Virus record (IMG/VR): IMGVR_UViG_3300030333_002885
Coordinates: 11,598 to 75,597 of that record
Origin: a virus
Length of the DNA stretch: 64,000 nucleotides
Strand: one strand, 5' to 3'
Part shown: positions 38,664 to 49,650 of the stretch, piece by piece
How positions within the stretch are numbered: the stretch's first letter is position 1
Layout of the letters: each line of letters starts with the position of its first letter
Notes under the pieces: generated by a model
What the model was told of the DNA's origin: nothing
Database searches by the model: none
Seen by the model: only the letters and a program-made list of their open reading frames with translations
Position numbers and translations under genes: made by a program

Positions 38664-39339
38664 TAGATACTACAGGTATAGATGGTAGAAATTGCTCTAT
38701 TGTTGGAACAGGTTCCCATATGGTTTCACATATCTTACCATCAGGTGTCAATTTATATTCTTTAACTTTCTCTGTACCTGCCTGATTCAGGTCTCCTATG
38801 CGTCTTGCATTGAGTGGAGGACATTCTACAGGTCCATCGTTATTTCCTCCTGCTGGAGGTGGTGGAGGAGTATCTAAATCAGGAGATGGTGGTTTACCAG
38901 TATCGACACCTTCTGCTTCTTCTTGTTCTTGAGTAATAGTTTGCCAAGTTAATTCTCTATAATCATAATCAGGTGGTTCATAGTATGGAGCACCAGCATC
39001 ACACAATACTACATTTCCTTTGGGGTCATCATTGACCAGCATTTTATTTTTATTTCCTTCAAACTTAGTATTATTCTCCTTACTTACCTTAACACAACCA
39101 GGCATATTAACAATAGGAGTTCCAACTCTTTCAGTAACAGGAACTACTACTGGTATTGCTTGAGATGGTTCTACTAACCATATGCGAGCATCAGCAATCT
39201 TATTAACACCAACCTTTTGTATATTTGTATTACCAATTCGTCTGGTTCCGATAAACTGGATACCACTATTGTCAACTCGTATCAGAGGGATACCAGTACC
39301 GTTAACTTCTACCTTAGGTATATTATTAATTTCGCTCAT
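38428..39339 (-). CDS. Pro-rich membrane-anchored hypothetical protein
   Basis: PIVNMPGCV, LCD, ECP, C-terminal hydrophobic helix and basic tail. Confidence 0.75.
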   Translation of the reverse strand: MSEINNIPKVEVNGTGIPLIRVDNSGIQFIGTRRIGNTNIQKVGVNKIADARIWLVEPSQAIPVVVPVTERVGTPIVNMPGCVKVSKENNTKFEGNKNKMLVNDDPKGNVVLCDAGAPYYEPPDYDYRELTWQTITQEQEEAEGVDTGKPPSPDLDTPPPPPAGGNNDGPVECPPLNARRIGDLNQAGTEKVKEYKLTPDGKICETIWEPVPTIEQFLPSIPVVSTTATIAAVATTSALLAKPLADLLLKVVKPIVKKVIAKGQKILGKTPYRPTLSEIQTNQYREKKGLLPLKFGKKKVASK

Positions 39340-39592
39340 TTGGTACTACCTGTTTATAATCTTGTTGAGGTACTGTTAAACCTTTAACTGGACCTGAGGA
39401 TTTTGGCCAAGCATTCACTAATTGTTTATATACTTCCTCTCTAACTACTTGTCTTATTTTCTCTATTTGTGCATCCTCTCGTTTTTGGGGACCACCAGTT
39501 TGTTGGTCAATAACATGATTACCACCAACAACTGCACCAGTACCAACTACAACAACTGCTGTTCCAGTTGATGCTATTTTCTGAAAGTCCAT
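39326..39592 (-). CDS. Small protein with a hydrophobic N-terminus
   Basis: TAVVVVGTGAVVGG; GATAAATA late-type site upstream on the minus strand. Confidence 0.7.
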   Translation of the reverse strand: MDFQKIASTGTAVVVVGTGAVVGGNHVIDQQTGGPQKREDAQIEKIRQVVREEVYKQLVNAWPKSSGPVKGLTVPQQDYKQVVPNERN

Positions 39593-39662
39593 CTATTTAT
39601 TAGTAACGAAGTATTTATCCATGACTAAATAACATCAGCACAATGTATCTTATAATAGAGAG

Positions 39663-42600
39663 ATGCCTTTAAATAAGTTAGAGAATTTTATTAAGAATAC
39701 TGAGGGTAGGATTCTCTATGTTAATCCAAATGACTTGGACTCTACCGATAGTATTACTAATCAGGGTAACTCTTTAACCAAACCCTTCAAAACGATACAG
39801 AGAGCACTGTTAGAATCTGCTAGATTCTCATATCAGTCAGGTATTGATAACGATGAAAGTGATAAGACAACAATTCTAATATATCCAGGTGAACACCAAA
39901 TTGATAACAGACCTGGATTTGCTATTAAACCAGATCCAACAGATCCTACCAGAGCAAAGGTTGTATCTCCTGCTGGTGCAGAAACTTTAGGTACAGCAAC
40001 ACTTAGTCTTTCATTGACTAGTGAATGGGATCTTACTGTAGAAGATAATATTCTTTACAAATTTAATTCAGTACATGGTGGAGTTATAGTACCTCGTGGT
40101 ACATCCATCGTAGGTATGGACCTCAGAAAGACTAAACTCCGTCCATTATATGTTCCAAACCCTACAGATGATACTGTTCCTGAGTCTGCTATATTCAGAA
40201 TTACTGGTAACTGCTACTTCTGGCAGTTCTCATTCTTTGATGGATTAACAGAAGGATTAGTATATACTGACCATCAACAGTTTACAGCACAGAACCAGTC
40301 TAAACCAACATTTTCACACCATAAGTTAACATGCTTTGAGTATGCTGATGGTATTAATGATGTCAAGGGATATGATAATACTGATCTTAGCATGTATTAT
40401 TACAAGCTAAGTTATGCTTATCAAGAACCAACAGGTCGTGCTATTAACTATGAGTGGCCAAACTTTGAGGGAGACTTTGATGCAGTTCGTGAGGAATATG
40501 AGATAGTTGGTGCTCTTGGTACTGACCCATTAATTATATCATCAATTATATCTGGTGATGGACTAACACCTACTGCTCAGATAACTGTAACTACACAGGG
40601 ATCACATGGATTAACTGCTGGTACTCCAATTAAGATTAGTGGAGTTAATGTTAGTCAATATAATGTATCAACACAGGTACAGAGTGTCATATCAGATACT
40701 GAATTTACATATTTAATTACTAATTTCCCCAATAATTTACCTGCTAAACCTACTAATATTACTGCTGCTAGAGTAACTATTGAATCTGATACTGTTAAGG
40801 GTGCATCACCTTATATCTTTAACTGTTCAATGAGATCAGTTTATGGTATGAATGGAATGAAGGCAGATGGATCTCAAGCAACTGGTTTCCGTTCAATGGT
40901 TGTTGCTCAGTTCACTGGTATTTCATTGCAGAAAGATGATAGAGCATTTACAAAATATAACCCTGAGACAAGATTGTATGAATCTATATCATATAGCACA
41001 GTTAAAGGAGCACAATTAGCAGCAGAATCTAGTTCTACTGACCCAAGCACTGTATATCACTTAGATTCAAGAGCAATATACAGAAAAGGATGGGAACAAG
41101 CTCATGTTACTATAAAGAAAGATGCTGTCTTGCAGATAGTATCTGTGTTCGCTATTGGATTTAATGCACATCTATTAGGAGAGAGTGGTGCTGACGCATC
41201 TATTACTAACTCTAACTCTAACTTTGGTCAGTATGCTTTAGTTACTGATGGATTTAGAAATAGTGCATTCCCTAGAGATGATGAAGGATATATTACTCAT
41301 ATTATATCACCTGAATATGTACCAACATTCTCAGAAGATTTAGATAATATTACATATTTCCAGTTGGATGTACCTAAAACACAACAGGCAGGTATATCTT
41401 CACATCTATATCTCTCTGGATTTAATAAGCAAGACTTGTCTCCATTATCATTAACACAGGGATATAGACTTGGTGCTAACTTGAATGAAAATCTATATGT
41501 TTCTATTGGTGGTAGTGAGTTTAGTTCTCCAGTCTACATGCCAGAGAATGTAGTAGTTGGTTTGCAGACTGCTAGTGTTGGTATCAATTCTAATAGAGGT
41601 ACTAAGTTTAGTACAGCTAGTGTACCTAATGCTAATTATGAGATGACCGTACAGGATATAGGTATTATTAGTGGTGAGAGTATTCGTGTCTTTAGTGATT
41701 ATGGTGATCTTCCTGAAGGTTTATCACCCAATACAGTATATTATGCTATTAAAGTTGATCCTACTACACTTAAGGTTGCTAAGACATTCTCTAATGCAAT
41801 TAATAACATTCCTATCTCATTATATGGTGGTAGTAATTTAAGAATTGAAAGTAGAGTTAGTGATAAAGATCCTAGTGTAATAGGACATCCAGTACAATGG
41901 GATCCTAATCAGAATAACTGGTATGTATTAACAGAAACTAATAGTGACATTTATAACGAACTTGTTAATAATACTAATGTTAATAGTATAGATGCAACAG
42001 ACTCTTCATACTTTAAGAGATATGAGGATAAGAGAGGTATTGAGAACAAACTATACAAGGTTCGTTATGTAATACCTAAGGAGTCTGACAACTCTAGAAA
42101 TCCTGTAGACGGGTTTATTCTTCAGAATACGGGTTCTACTGGTTTTGCTAAGACTGCTGATATTACTGCTACAAGTATTACAGCACAGGATAATAATTAT
42201 AAGAGATCTTATGGTTTCATTGCTACATGTAGTGAAACATCTGATACTGTCACAGTTAGAGCAGAGTTACCACACAATGTTAAGGTTGGTGATATTGTAT
42301 ATACTCAAAATATTGCAGATTCAAATAATACTCTAGCAGTAGATAATAAAGGATATAATGGTTACTATGAGGTAACTGCTGTACCTAATAATATGGAGTT
42401 CCAGTATAGTAATACTGATATTGAAGGTGATAAGAAGAATACTGGTAATTATATTGAGGAGAATTCTAATAGAACTATTGATCTACCTAGATTCTCTATT
42501 AATGATAATAAGGGTAACTTTGACATCTATAGATCTACAGTTATATCTGATTGGGCTAAAGATGAGAGTGATGGTGTTTATATATTAGAAGTATTAGCAT

Positions 42601-44915
42601 CTGACTATGCACCACCAACAGAATTTACAGATCAGAAGTATAGTCAACAGGTTACTGATTTCTATCCACAGTTAGATAGAGATAATATAAGAAAGAACCC
42701 ACCACCAACTGTATCATTTGCAAGAAGAGATCCTATTGGTAGAGTTGATACTAATAGTCTTCTTAACTCTGTAACTAGAGAGTCAATAGATAAGTTTACT
42801 AAGAACTTTGGTGTAGGTATTGCTATATCCAGTGTTACTCCTGTATCTGCTGGTATAGCAACTATTCAACTTACAGGTCAGCATACTTATAATGGTTTTG
42901 TTGAGTATGAGAACCTCTCACCATATAATAGTGGTGCTGGATTTGCTGAAACTACCAAATATAATGTCAGATTGTTAGATAGTCTTGGTGGTTGGGATGG
43001 TGCAACAGCTACTGTTGTTGTAGGTGTTGGTTCTACTCAAATTACTGGTCTTACTATACAATCTCCTGGTTCTGGTTATCAGGGTGGTGAAACATTATTC
43101 CCTGAGAATTTTGCTGGTGCATCTATTGGAGTACCAACTACAGGTATTATAAGCAATGTTAATGATGGAATACAAGTAACTGGTGCTGGTGAGACTACTG
43201 GTGGATACTTTAGAATTGTTGGTGTTCCAACTAAGGATTCTATTACTATTGGTATATCTACCTTAGATCCAACAATTAATGCACACCAATACATCTATAG
43301 AATTGGACCTACTGTTGCCATAGCATCTACAGAGTTTGATAGTACTACAGGTATTACTACATTTGTTACATCTAGTGCTCATGGGTTGAGACAGGGTGGA
43401 CAGTTTACTCTTATTAATGCTAATAATGAGAAGGTAGGAGACTTTTATACCACTAACATTCTAAGTGGTGTTACATCATTTACATCTAGAACTGTTACAG
43501 ATCCAACAGTGTCTAGTAACTATAGAATAATACAACATGCTTTCTCTGATAATAATCAACCAGTAAATGTTACTGAAGCTATTGGATCTAGGTTCTTTAA
43601 CTTCTATGGTGGTGATTCAGTTGGTCTTAAGACTGATATTACTACTACAGATACATCATTACCAGTACAACATGCTAGTGGTATTGGTACTGGTAACAGA
43701 TTCCAATTAGGTGACTATCTAGAAATTGGTGAGGAGATAGTTCGTGTAGTAAGCACTGGTCTTGGTGGAGCAGCAAATGATGCACTTACGGTTGTTCGTG
43801 GTGCAATGGGTACAGTTCCTAAGACACATAGTATAGACTCTATTCTTAAGAAGATTAAACTTCTAGCAGTAGAGACTAGACGACCATCTATTCTTAGAGC
43901 ATCAGGTCACACATTTGAATACCTTGGTTATGGTCCAGGTAACTATTCAACATCATTGCCACAGGTTCAGAACAGATCACTGAGTGAAGTTGAAGAATAT
44001 CTTGCACAGGCACAGAATAGAGGTGGTGGTTCAGTTGTATATACTGGACTGAATAACAGAGGTGACTTCTTCATTGGTAATAAGAAGATTAACTCTGCTA
44101 CTGGACAGGAAAAATCATTCGACATTCCTATTCCTACTATTACTGGTGAGGATCCATCTGCTAACTCTATTGTAGTTGATGAAATTACAGTTAAGCAGAG
44201 AATTAATGTTGAGGGTGGACCTCAACAGAATATCCTGTCACAGTTTGATGGTCCTGTTACATTTACCAATGATGTAAACTTCACTGGTAAGGTTGTATCT
44301 AGTGGTAGTATTGAACTAGCAGGTGATATAGCATTTACTGGTCAGTTCCCAACTGGTGCAGATATCAATAATATACAGATTGGTATTGGTACACAGAAGA
44401 CTGAGATCACTACTAAATTTAATGCTGGTGATTTAGTTCTTAATGCAGCACCAGGATTTAAGGTTGCTATCGCAACTGATACTGCCTATGATGCACCAGT
44501 GTTCTTTAATGAACAGACTAACATTAGTGGATTCACTACCTTTAGTGGTGATGTATTCTTTAGTGGTGCTGGTGTTACATTCTGTGGTGGTCCAATTCAC
44601 TGCTGTGATGATATTATCGCATTCTATGGTCAATCATCTGATGCTACATTAAAAGAGAACATATCCACATTGGATAATCCTCTTGAGAAACTTGTTGGTA
44701 TTCGTGGTACTGAATATGATTGGAAGGAAGGTAACAAGAACTATCAAGGACATGATATTGGTGTCATTGCCCAAGATGTTGAAAAGGTTCTTCCAGAAGC
44801 AGTATCAACTAAACCTGACGGCACTAAGGGTGTCCATTATAATAAACTAATTCCTCTATTAATAGAGGCAGTCAAAGACTTATCACAACAGGTCGATGAC
44901 ATCAAAGATAAATAA
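39663..44915 (+). CDS. Large virion fibre/spike protein with C-terminal Peptidase_S74 chaperone
   Basis: PFKTIQRAL, PRGTSIVG, RPSILRASGHTFEYLGYGPGNYS; SDATLKENI...GVIAQDVE.VLPEAV...V.Y..LIPLLIEAVK. Confidence 0.85.
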   Translation: MPLNKLENFIKNTEGRILYVNPNDLDSTDSITNQGNSLTKPFKTIQRALLESARFSYQSGIDNDESDKTTILIYPGEHQIDNRPGFAIKPDPTDPTRAKVVSPAGAETLGTATLSLSLTSEWDLTVEDNILYKFNSVHGGVIVPRGTSIVGMDLRKTKLRPLYVPNPTDDTVPESAIFRITGNCYFWQFSFFDGLTEGLVYTDHQQFTAQNQSKPTFSHHKLTCFEYADGINDVKGYDNTDLSMYYYKLSYAYQEPTGRAINYEWPNFEGDFDAVREEYEIVGALGTDPLIISSIISGDGLTPTAQITVTTQGSHGLTAGTPIKISGVNVSQYNVSTQVQSVISDTEFTYLITNFPNNLPAKPTNITAARVTIESDTVKGASPYIFNCSMRSVYGMNGMKADGSQATGFRSMVVAQFTGISLQKDDRAFTKYNPETRLYESISYSTVKGAQLAAESSSTDPSTVYHLDSRAIYRKGWEQAHVTIKKDAVLQIVSVFAIGFNAHLLGESGADASITNSNSNFGQYALVTDGFRNSAFPRDDEGYITHIISPEYVPTFSEDLDNITYFQLDVPKTQQAGISSHLYLSGFNKQDLSPLSLTQGYRLGANLNENLYVSIGGSEFSSPVYMPENVVVGLQTASVGINSNRGTKFSTASVPNANYEMTVQDIGIISGESIRVFSDYGDLPEGLSPNTVYYAIKVDPTTLKVAKTFSNAINNIPISLYGGSNLRIESRVSDKDPSVIGHPVQWDPNQNNWYVLTETNSDIYNELVNNTNVNSIDATDSSYFKRYEDKRGIENKLYKVRYVIPKESDNSRNPVDGFILQNTGSTGFAKTADITATSITAQDNNYKRSYGFIATCSETSDTVTVRAELPHNVKVGDIVYTQNIADSNNTLAVDNKGYNGYYEVTAVPNNMEFQYSNTDIEGDKKNTGNYIEENSNRTIDLPRFSINDNKGNFDIYRSTVISDWAKDESDGVYILEVLASDYAPPTEFTDQKYSQQVTDFYPQLDRDNIRKNPPPTVSFARRDPIGRVDTNSLLNSVTRESIDKFTKNFGVGIAISSVTPVSAGIATIQLTGQHTYNGFVEYENLSPYNSGAGFAETTKYNVRLLDSLGGWDGATATVVVGVGSTQITGLTIQSPGSGYQGGETLFPENFAGASIGVPTTGIISNVNDGIQVTGAGETTGGYFRIVGVPTKDSITIGISTLDPTINAHQYIYRIGPTVAIASTEFDSTTGITTFVTSSAHGLRQGGQFTLINANNEKVGDFYTTNILSGVTSFTSRTVTDPTVSSNYRIIQHAFSDNNQPVNVTEAIGSRFFNFYGGDSVGLKTDITTTDTSLPVQHASGIGTGNRFQLGDYLEIGEEIVRVVSTGLGGAANDALTVVRGAMGTVPKTHSIDSILKKIKLLAVETRRPSILRASGHTFEYLGYGPGNYSTSLPQVQNRSLSEVEEYLAQAQNRGGGSVVYTGLNNRGDFFIGNKKINSATGQEKSFDIPIPTITGEDPSANSIVVDEITVKQRINVEGGPQQNILSQFDGPVTFTNDVNFTGKVVSSGSIELAGDIAFTGQFPTGADINNIQIGIGTQKTEITTKFNAGDLVLNAAPGFKVAIATDTAYDAPVFFNEQTNISGFTTFSGDVFFSGAGVTFCGGPIHCCDDIIAFYGQSSDATLKENISTLDNPLEKLVGIRGTEYDWKEGNKNYQGHDIGVIAQDVEKVLPEAVSTKPDGTKGVHYNKLIPLLIEAVKDLSQQVDDIKDK

Positions 44916-44942
44916 CTCAAAGGTCTTGCCTACTAAAAGATA

Positions 44943-47708
44943 ATGCCTAGCAATTATAAAACCGTCATCAATTTTAGAGATGGTATTCAGGTTGATACCG
45001 ATGACCTGATATCTAATAATGGTCTGGTGGGTATTGGTAGTACCATACCTAGGCAACAGTTAGATGTTCGTGGTAATGCAATAGTTGAAGATAATACATT
45101 TGTAAATAATCTGACTGTAACGGGAGTTCAGACTAATTACGGGGTCTTAAATGTAGGTACTGGATATTCGGTAGGAATCGGAACCACAGTTCCTGAGGCA
45201 GCATTTCAGGTTGGTATTGGTACTACTGGATTCACTGTTAGTGAATCTGGTGCTGTTGTTGCCCAGTCATTTACGGGTGATGGATCAGGATTAACGGGAT
45301 TACCAGCAGCACAATGGATTAATCCTGGTGCTGGTAATACGATATATGCACTCAAGGATGTTGGTATAGGTACTGAATTAACTAGAGGTGGTGCTGATTT
45401 TGGTGTAGGATATGAGATATACATGGATGCTGAGAGTGGCATTGGAACATTTGAAGGAATAAAAGCAAAGAATATAACTGCTGTTAATGTTAGTGGTCAG
45501 GGACAGGGTACTGTTGTTGGTGATGTTGGTACATTTTCTACTGTAACTGCAACAACGCAGATAGAAGCACCACAATTTATTGGTACAGTTACTAATGCTA
45601 CAAGATCAGTCGTAGCAGCAGGTTTGACTGATAGTCCTGATATTGATGTTAATTATATTACGGGTGTTGGTGGAACATTTACGGGTATCACTAGCTTTAG
45701 TACACTTCAGATTAGCGGTGGTATTGTTGCTAACGGTGGAATAATAACTGCAACAACATTTGCTGGTACTGCCTCAACTGCTGTTGGTGCTCAAACTGCA
45801 TATAGTCTACTAGGACAACCAGATATATTGGTTGATAGTGTGACAGTAGATGGTATTGCACCTTCTATTATTAAGGGTGTAGGTGTTAGTACTATTGGTC
45901 AAGATTTATTGGTAGGTGAGTTCCTAGGTGTTGGTGCAACAACATCAGCTTCAGGACAGGCAGCAGGATTTATTGGTACTGTTAGAGTATCTGATGGTGA
46001 TATTATCCTAGGTGGTAGTATTTCTATTGGTGGAAGTATTGTAGGTAATCTATCTCTTGGTGGAGATACTGATGTTAATACATTAAATGTTGGTGCTGGA
46101 TTATCTGTTGCTGGTATTACTTCATTCACTGGTACTGTCACTGGTGCAGGTGACATGTCATTCCAAGGAGATATATCTTGTGATGAATTAAATACAACAC
46201 AAGGAATGACCGTTGGTGGTGCATTTACTTGTGGTTCTGTAGTATCATCTGGTTCTGGTACATTCTCTGGTGGTGGAGTCGTAGCTAATGGTGGTCTTAC
46301 TGGTACTGGTGGTGGATTAGTTGTTGGTGGTGGTGCTACTCTAGGAGGAGATATTAGTCTTACTGCTGGTGGTGCTATAGGATTATCAGGAGTTAATCTT
46401 CCTGGTGCTGCTGTTACATGTGGTAAGATTGAATCTGTTGGTGGTCTTGTTGATTCATCTGGTGGTATTCAGGTTGCTGGTGGTGCTACTATTGGTGGTC
46501 CTCTTAAGGGTGCTACTGATATTGCAGGAACTGGGACATGTACTGTATCTGGTGGATTCTATGGTGCAGTAGTAGATGCTACTAATGGAAACTTTGCAGG
46601 TGTTGTAACTACAAATTCACTATCTGTTGGAGGTGACCTAGAGGTAAATGGCATTGGTACTATTGTTTTAGGATATACTAAACTTGATGGATTAACTGGT
46701 TTAACAACTGGTAATGCTTATATTGGATACGCTGGTGTCAGCACATTTGTTGATATTAATATGACAGAGGGTAGTACCTCTAAACTTAGAGCTAAGAATA
46801 TTTGCTGTGGTGATGGTGTATCTGGATACACTACTAGTCTTACTACAGGTTTAGCAGTAGTTAGTGGTGGAGAGATATGGGTAGATACTGAAGGTGCTAC
46901 AGGTGGTATTGGTATTGGATCTACCTCTGGACAGAGAACTGGTACTGACGCATTACATGTTGGATTAATCAGACAAGGTGGAACATTAGTCAATACTCAG
47001 TCAATATTTGAAGGTAGTGTTGGTATTGGAACCACATCAACTTTAAATGCTGGTAATAATGGTGGAACACTTGAGATCTATAAGAATACAGTGTTCTGGA
47101 ATAACCACACTGGTGTTGGTGGAACTATTGGTGTTGCTGGTACTACTACATTAAGAATTGGTATTAATAGTGGAGAACCAGGTGGTAGTCTTGATATGAG
47201 ATATGCTGGTGAGGCATTTATCTTACCAAGAAATTATACTCCTAGTGGTGGTGTAAACGACAACCCTGCCTATGTTGATGTCAATGATGCTGACTATGAA
47301 GGCAGTATGTGGTATGATGGTCATAACAAAGTATTCAGGGTCAGGATGGAAGGTCCTGGTGCTGTTGGATTAGCAACAGATCCTGGATTTGATTTCTTCC
47401 AAGAAAGAGGATGGAAAGGACAATTGATTAATCAACAAATATCAGGTAGTTTTGAAAGGTACAGGGATACTGGACCTGGAGGTGGTGGTGTATCACCTAC
47501 TAATCCACCACAATTCCCTGTAGGTTGGGGTACTGCTAACCAGTGCTATTATCAACCAACAAATCAACTTCAGATTTATGGATCAGATAGTATATGGAGA
47601 TCATTAGTAGGTAGTGCTACAACTGGAGTTGAATTTATTATTGATGGTACTACTGCTAAACTAAATGTAGCAGGAGTCGGATCAATTTCATTGGGTACAC
47701 TATCCTGA
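44943..47708 (+). CDS. Tail fibre protein
   Basis: VGIGST/VGIGT repeats, FTGDGSGLTG, Gly-rich beta repeats. Confidence 0.8.
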   Translation: MPSNYKTVINFRDGIQVDTDDLISNNGLVGIGSTIPRQQLDVRGNAIVEDNTFVNNLTVTGVQTNYGVLNVGTGYSVGIGTTVPEAAFQVGIGTTGFTVSESGAVVAQSFTGDGSGLTGLPAAQWINPGAGNTIYALKDVGIGTELTRGGADFGVGYEIYMDAESGIGTFEGIKAKNITAVNVSGQGQGTVVGDVGTFSTVTATTQIEAPQFIGTVTNATRSVVAAGLTDSPDIDVNYITGVGGTFTGITSFSTLQISGGIVANGGIITATTFAGTASTAVGAQTAYSLLGQPDILVDSVTVDGIAPSIIKGVGVSTIGQDLLVGEFLGVGATTSASGQAAGFIGTVRVSDGDIILGGSISIGGSIVGNLSLGGDTDVNTLNVGAGLSVAGITSFTGTVTGAGDMSFQGDISCDELNTTQGMTVGGAFTCGSVVSSGSGTFSGGGVVANGGLTGTGGGLVVGGGATLGGDISLTAGGAIGLSGVNLPGAAVTCGKIESVGGLVDSSGGIQVAGGATIGGPLKGATDIAGTGTCTVSGGFYGAVVDATNGNFAGVVTTNSLSVGGDLEVNGIGTIVLGYTKLDGLTGLTTGNAYIGYAGVSTFVDINMTEGSTSKLRAKNICCGDGVSGYTTSLTTGLAVVSGGEIWVDTEGATGGIGIGSTSGQRTGTDALHVGLIRQGGTLVNTQSIFEGSVGIGTTSTLNAGNNGGTLEIYKNTVFWNNHTGVGGTIGVAGTTTLRIGINSGEPGGSLDMRYAGEAFILPRNYTPSGGVNDNPAYVDVNDADYEGSMWYDGHNKVFRVRMEGPGAVGLATDPGFDFFQERGWKGQLINQQISGSFERYRDTGPGGGGVSPTNPPQFPVGWGTANQCYYQPTNQLQIYGSDSIWRSLVGSATTGVEFIIDGTTAKLNVAGVGSISLGTLS

Positions 47709-47719
47709 GGTAAGAGCGA

Positions 47720-49642
47720 ATGGCAGCTAATGATTGGTCAAATACTACTCAGTTATTGCTTACTGGTTCTTCTGGCACTCAAATATCCTTTGGTGATGTA
47801 AGAGCAGCAGTTGGTGATACTAGTAAACCTATCTCTGCATCAGAGATGTGGAGACAGACAGATCTTGATGCACCATATCAATTTGCATCATTACCTACAT
47901 CATCTGGTACTCCTCATGTACCTTATGTACTAGATTCTACTGAGAATGTTGGTGTACCTACTAGTGGTGCTATATCTCCTAATAATGTAAGAAATGTTAT
48001 TAAAGAATATGTCATTGAGCAAGCACCTAATACAGAAGAAACACAATTTGATGCTGGTACTCTTACAGGACCAACAACACCTACTGCTAGTGTAAACTGG
48101 AATTCAAATTTAAATAAAAATATAACAAAATATCTAAGGATTAGAGGGAGGATGGTTTCTCCTTCTGTTTCCACACCTGCTGTATCTATTGCTAGTTCTT
48201 CATCATCTAACTTAAAATTATATGTACATGACACACCTCAGGGTGATGGCATCTATGGTGCTGGTGGTGTAAAGAATCAAGCAGGTGGTAATGCTATTAG
48301 GATAACTAATCCTTCTGCACCTTCTACTCGTTATGTCTATGTTGAGTGTGAAGGAGCACAGTCTAGGATATGGGCAGGTGGTGGAGGAGGAAGAGATGGT
48401 GTTGATGGTGTAGATGGTGTTGATGGATCAGCATGGACTGGTAATGGTGTAGATGGTGTTGATGGGTCACCTGGAACTCCTGGATCACCTGGATCTGACG
48501 GAACTCCTGGAACTGATGGAACACCTGGAGGTAACGGATCTTCTGGATCTGGTGGTGGTAGTGGTAGTAATGGGTCACCTGGACAACCTGGATCACCTGG
48601 AAGTTATGGTACTCCTGCAATGCAGAGGACTACCCAGACATTTACTTATGCTTTCCAACAAACAGGCACAGGACAACAGGCAAATCCACAAGAAAGGAGA
48701 AGTAGACGAGGATGGTGGGGTCAAGGTAGGAGTAGATATACAGTATATTCACAGGTAACAGTAACAACTAGAACTGCTGTTCAACAATCTAATACATCAC
48801 AATATAAGGTTGCTTGCTTCGGTGGAGGACCAGGATCTGGTGGATCAGGAGGATCTGGAGGATCTGGTGGTGGCGGTGGCTCAGGTGGTGGCGGTGGATC
48901 AGGAGGATCTGGCGGTAGTGCTGGTGCTGGTGGAACTAAAGGATACGGTGGAGGTGGTGGTTCAGGTGGACAAGGTGGAAATAAAGGATACGGTGGATTC
49001 AATGGTGTTAAAGGTTATAAAGGTTATGCTGGATCAGGATCAGATGGTAGGGGATGGAATAATTTAACTGGAGCACTCTCCTCATCTGGAGGTACACCTG
49101 GAACTCCTGGAACTCCTGGAGGTAACGGAACACCTGGAACCCCTGGTACACCTGGAACTCCAGGTGGTGCTGGAACTCCTGGAACCTCAGGTACACCTGG
49201 AACGCCAGGTCAACCTGGAACACCTGGAGGTAGTGGTTCAGGAGGAGGTAGTGGAACGCCAGGAACTCCTGGATCTGCTGGAACTCCTGGAGGTAGTGGT
49301 GGATGTGGAGGTGCTACACCTGGCACACCTGGAACTCCTGGAACTCCTGGATCTGATGGAACACCTGGAGGTGGAGGAACACCTGGAACTCCTGGAGGCG
49401 ATGGCACACCTGGAACTCCTGGAACTGATGGAACACCTGGAACTCCTGGAGATGACGGTGACGATGGAACACCTGGAACTCCAGGTGGTGACGGACAACC
49501 TGGAACTCCTGGAACACCTGGTCAACCTGGAATTGCAGGTGGTGACTGGGGTATGCCTGGAGCAGAACCTGGTGGTAGAGCAGTTGCTGGATCACCATAC
49601 CAAGTAATACCTAACGGAGGTAGCATTAGAGTCGTCTATTAA
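47720..49642 (+). CDS. Gly-rich adhesin/fibre-tip protein with four Gly-X-Y runs
   Basis: IYGAGG..GGNAI..IWAGGGGG..GGRAV frame (T-even gp38-like) enclosing GTP/GSG triplet runs. Confidence 0.75.
   Translation: MAANDWSNTTQLLLTGSSGTQISFGDVRAAVGDTSKPISASEMWRQTDLDAPYQFASLPTSSGTPHVPYVLDSTENVGVPTSGAISPNNVRNVIKEYVIEQAPNTEETQFDAGTLTGPTTPTASVNWNSNLNKNITKYLRIRGRMVSPSVSTPAVSIASSSSSNLKLYVHDTPQGDGIYGAGGVKNQAGGNAIRITNPSAPSTRYVYVECEGAQSRIWAGGGGGRDGVDGVDGVDGSAWTGNGVDGVDGSPGTPGSPGSDGTPGTDGTPGGNGSSGSGGGSGSNGSPGQPGSPGSYGTPAMQRTTQTFTYAFQQTGTGQQANPQERRSRRGWWGQGRSRYTVYSQVTVTTRTAVQQSNTSQYKVACFGGGPGSGGSGGSGGSGGGGGSGGGGGSGGSGGSAGAGGTKGYGGGGGSGGQGGNKGYGGFNGVKGYKGYAGSGSDGRGWNNLTGALSSSGGTPGTPGTPGGNGTPGTPGTPGTPGGAGTPGTSGTPGTPGQPGTPGGSGSGGGSGTPGTPGSAGTPGGSGGCGGATPGTPGTPGTPGSDGTPGGGGTPGTPGGDGTPGTPGTDGTPGTPGDDGDDGTPGTPGGDGQPGTPGTPGQPGIAGGDWGMPGAEPGGRAVAGSPYQVIPNGGSIRVVY
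48389..49546 (+). repeat. 9-bp tandem-repeat tracts (GGAACWCCT) encoding Gly-X-Y
   Basis: Read directly in DNA and protein. Confidence 0.9.
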
Positions 49643-49650
49643 CTATTATT

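Noticed and set aside
48389-49546. Repeat array considered as CRISPR
   Set aside because: 9-bp coding repeats with no spacers and no cas genes
48363-49607. Many alternative-frame and antisense ORFs (HLELLE, SRSSRC, PGVPGV repeats)
   Set aside because: By-products of stop-free 9-bp repeats in the Gly-X-Y gene; no RBS or other independent support
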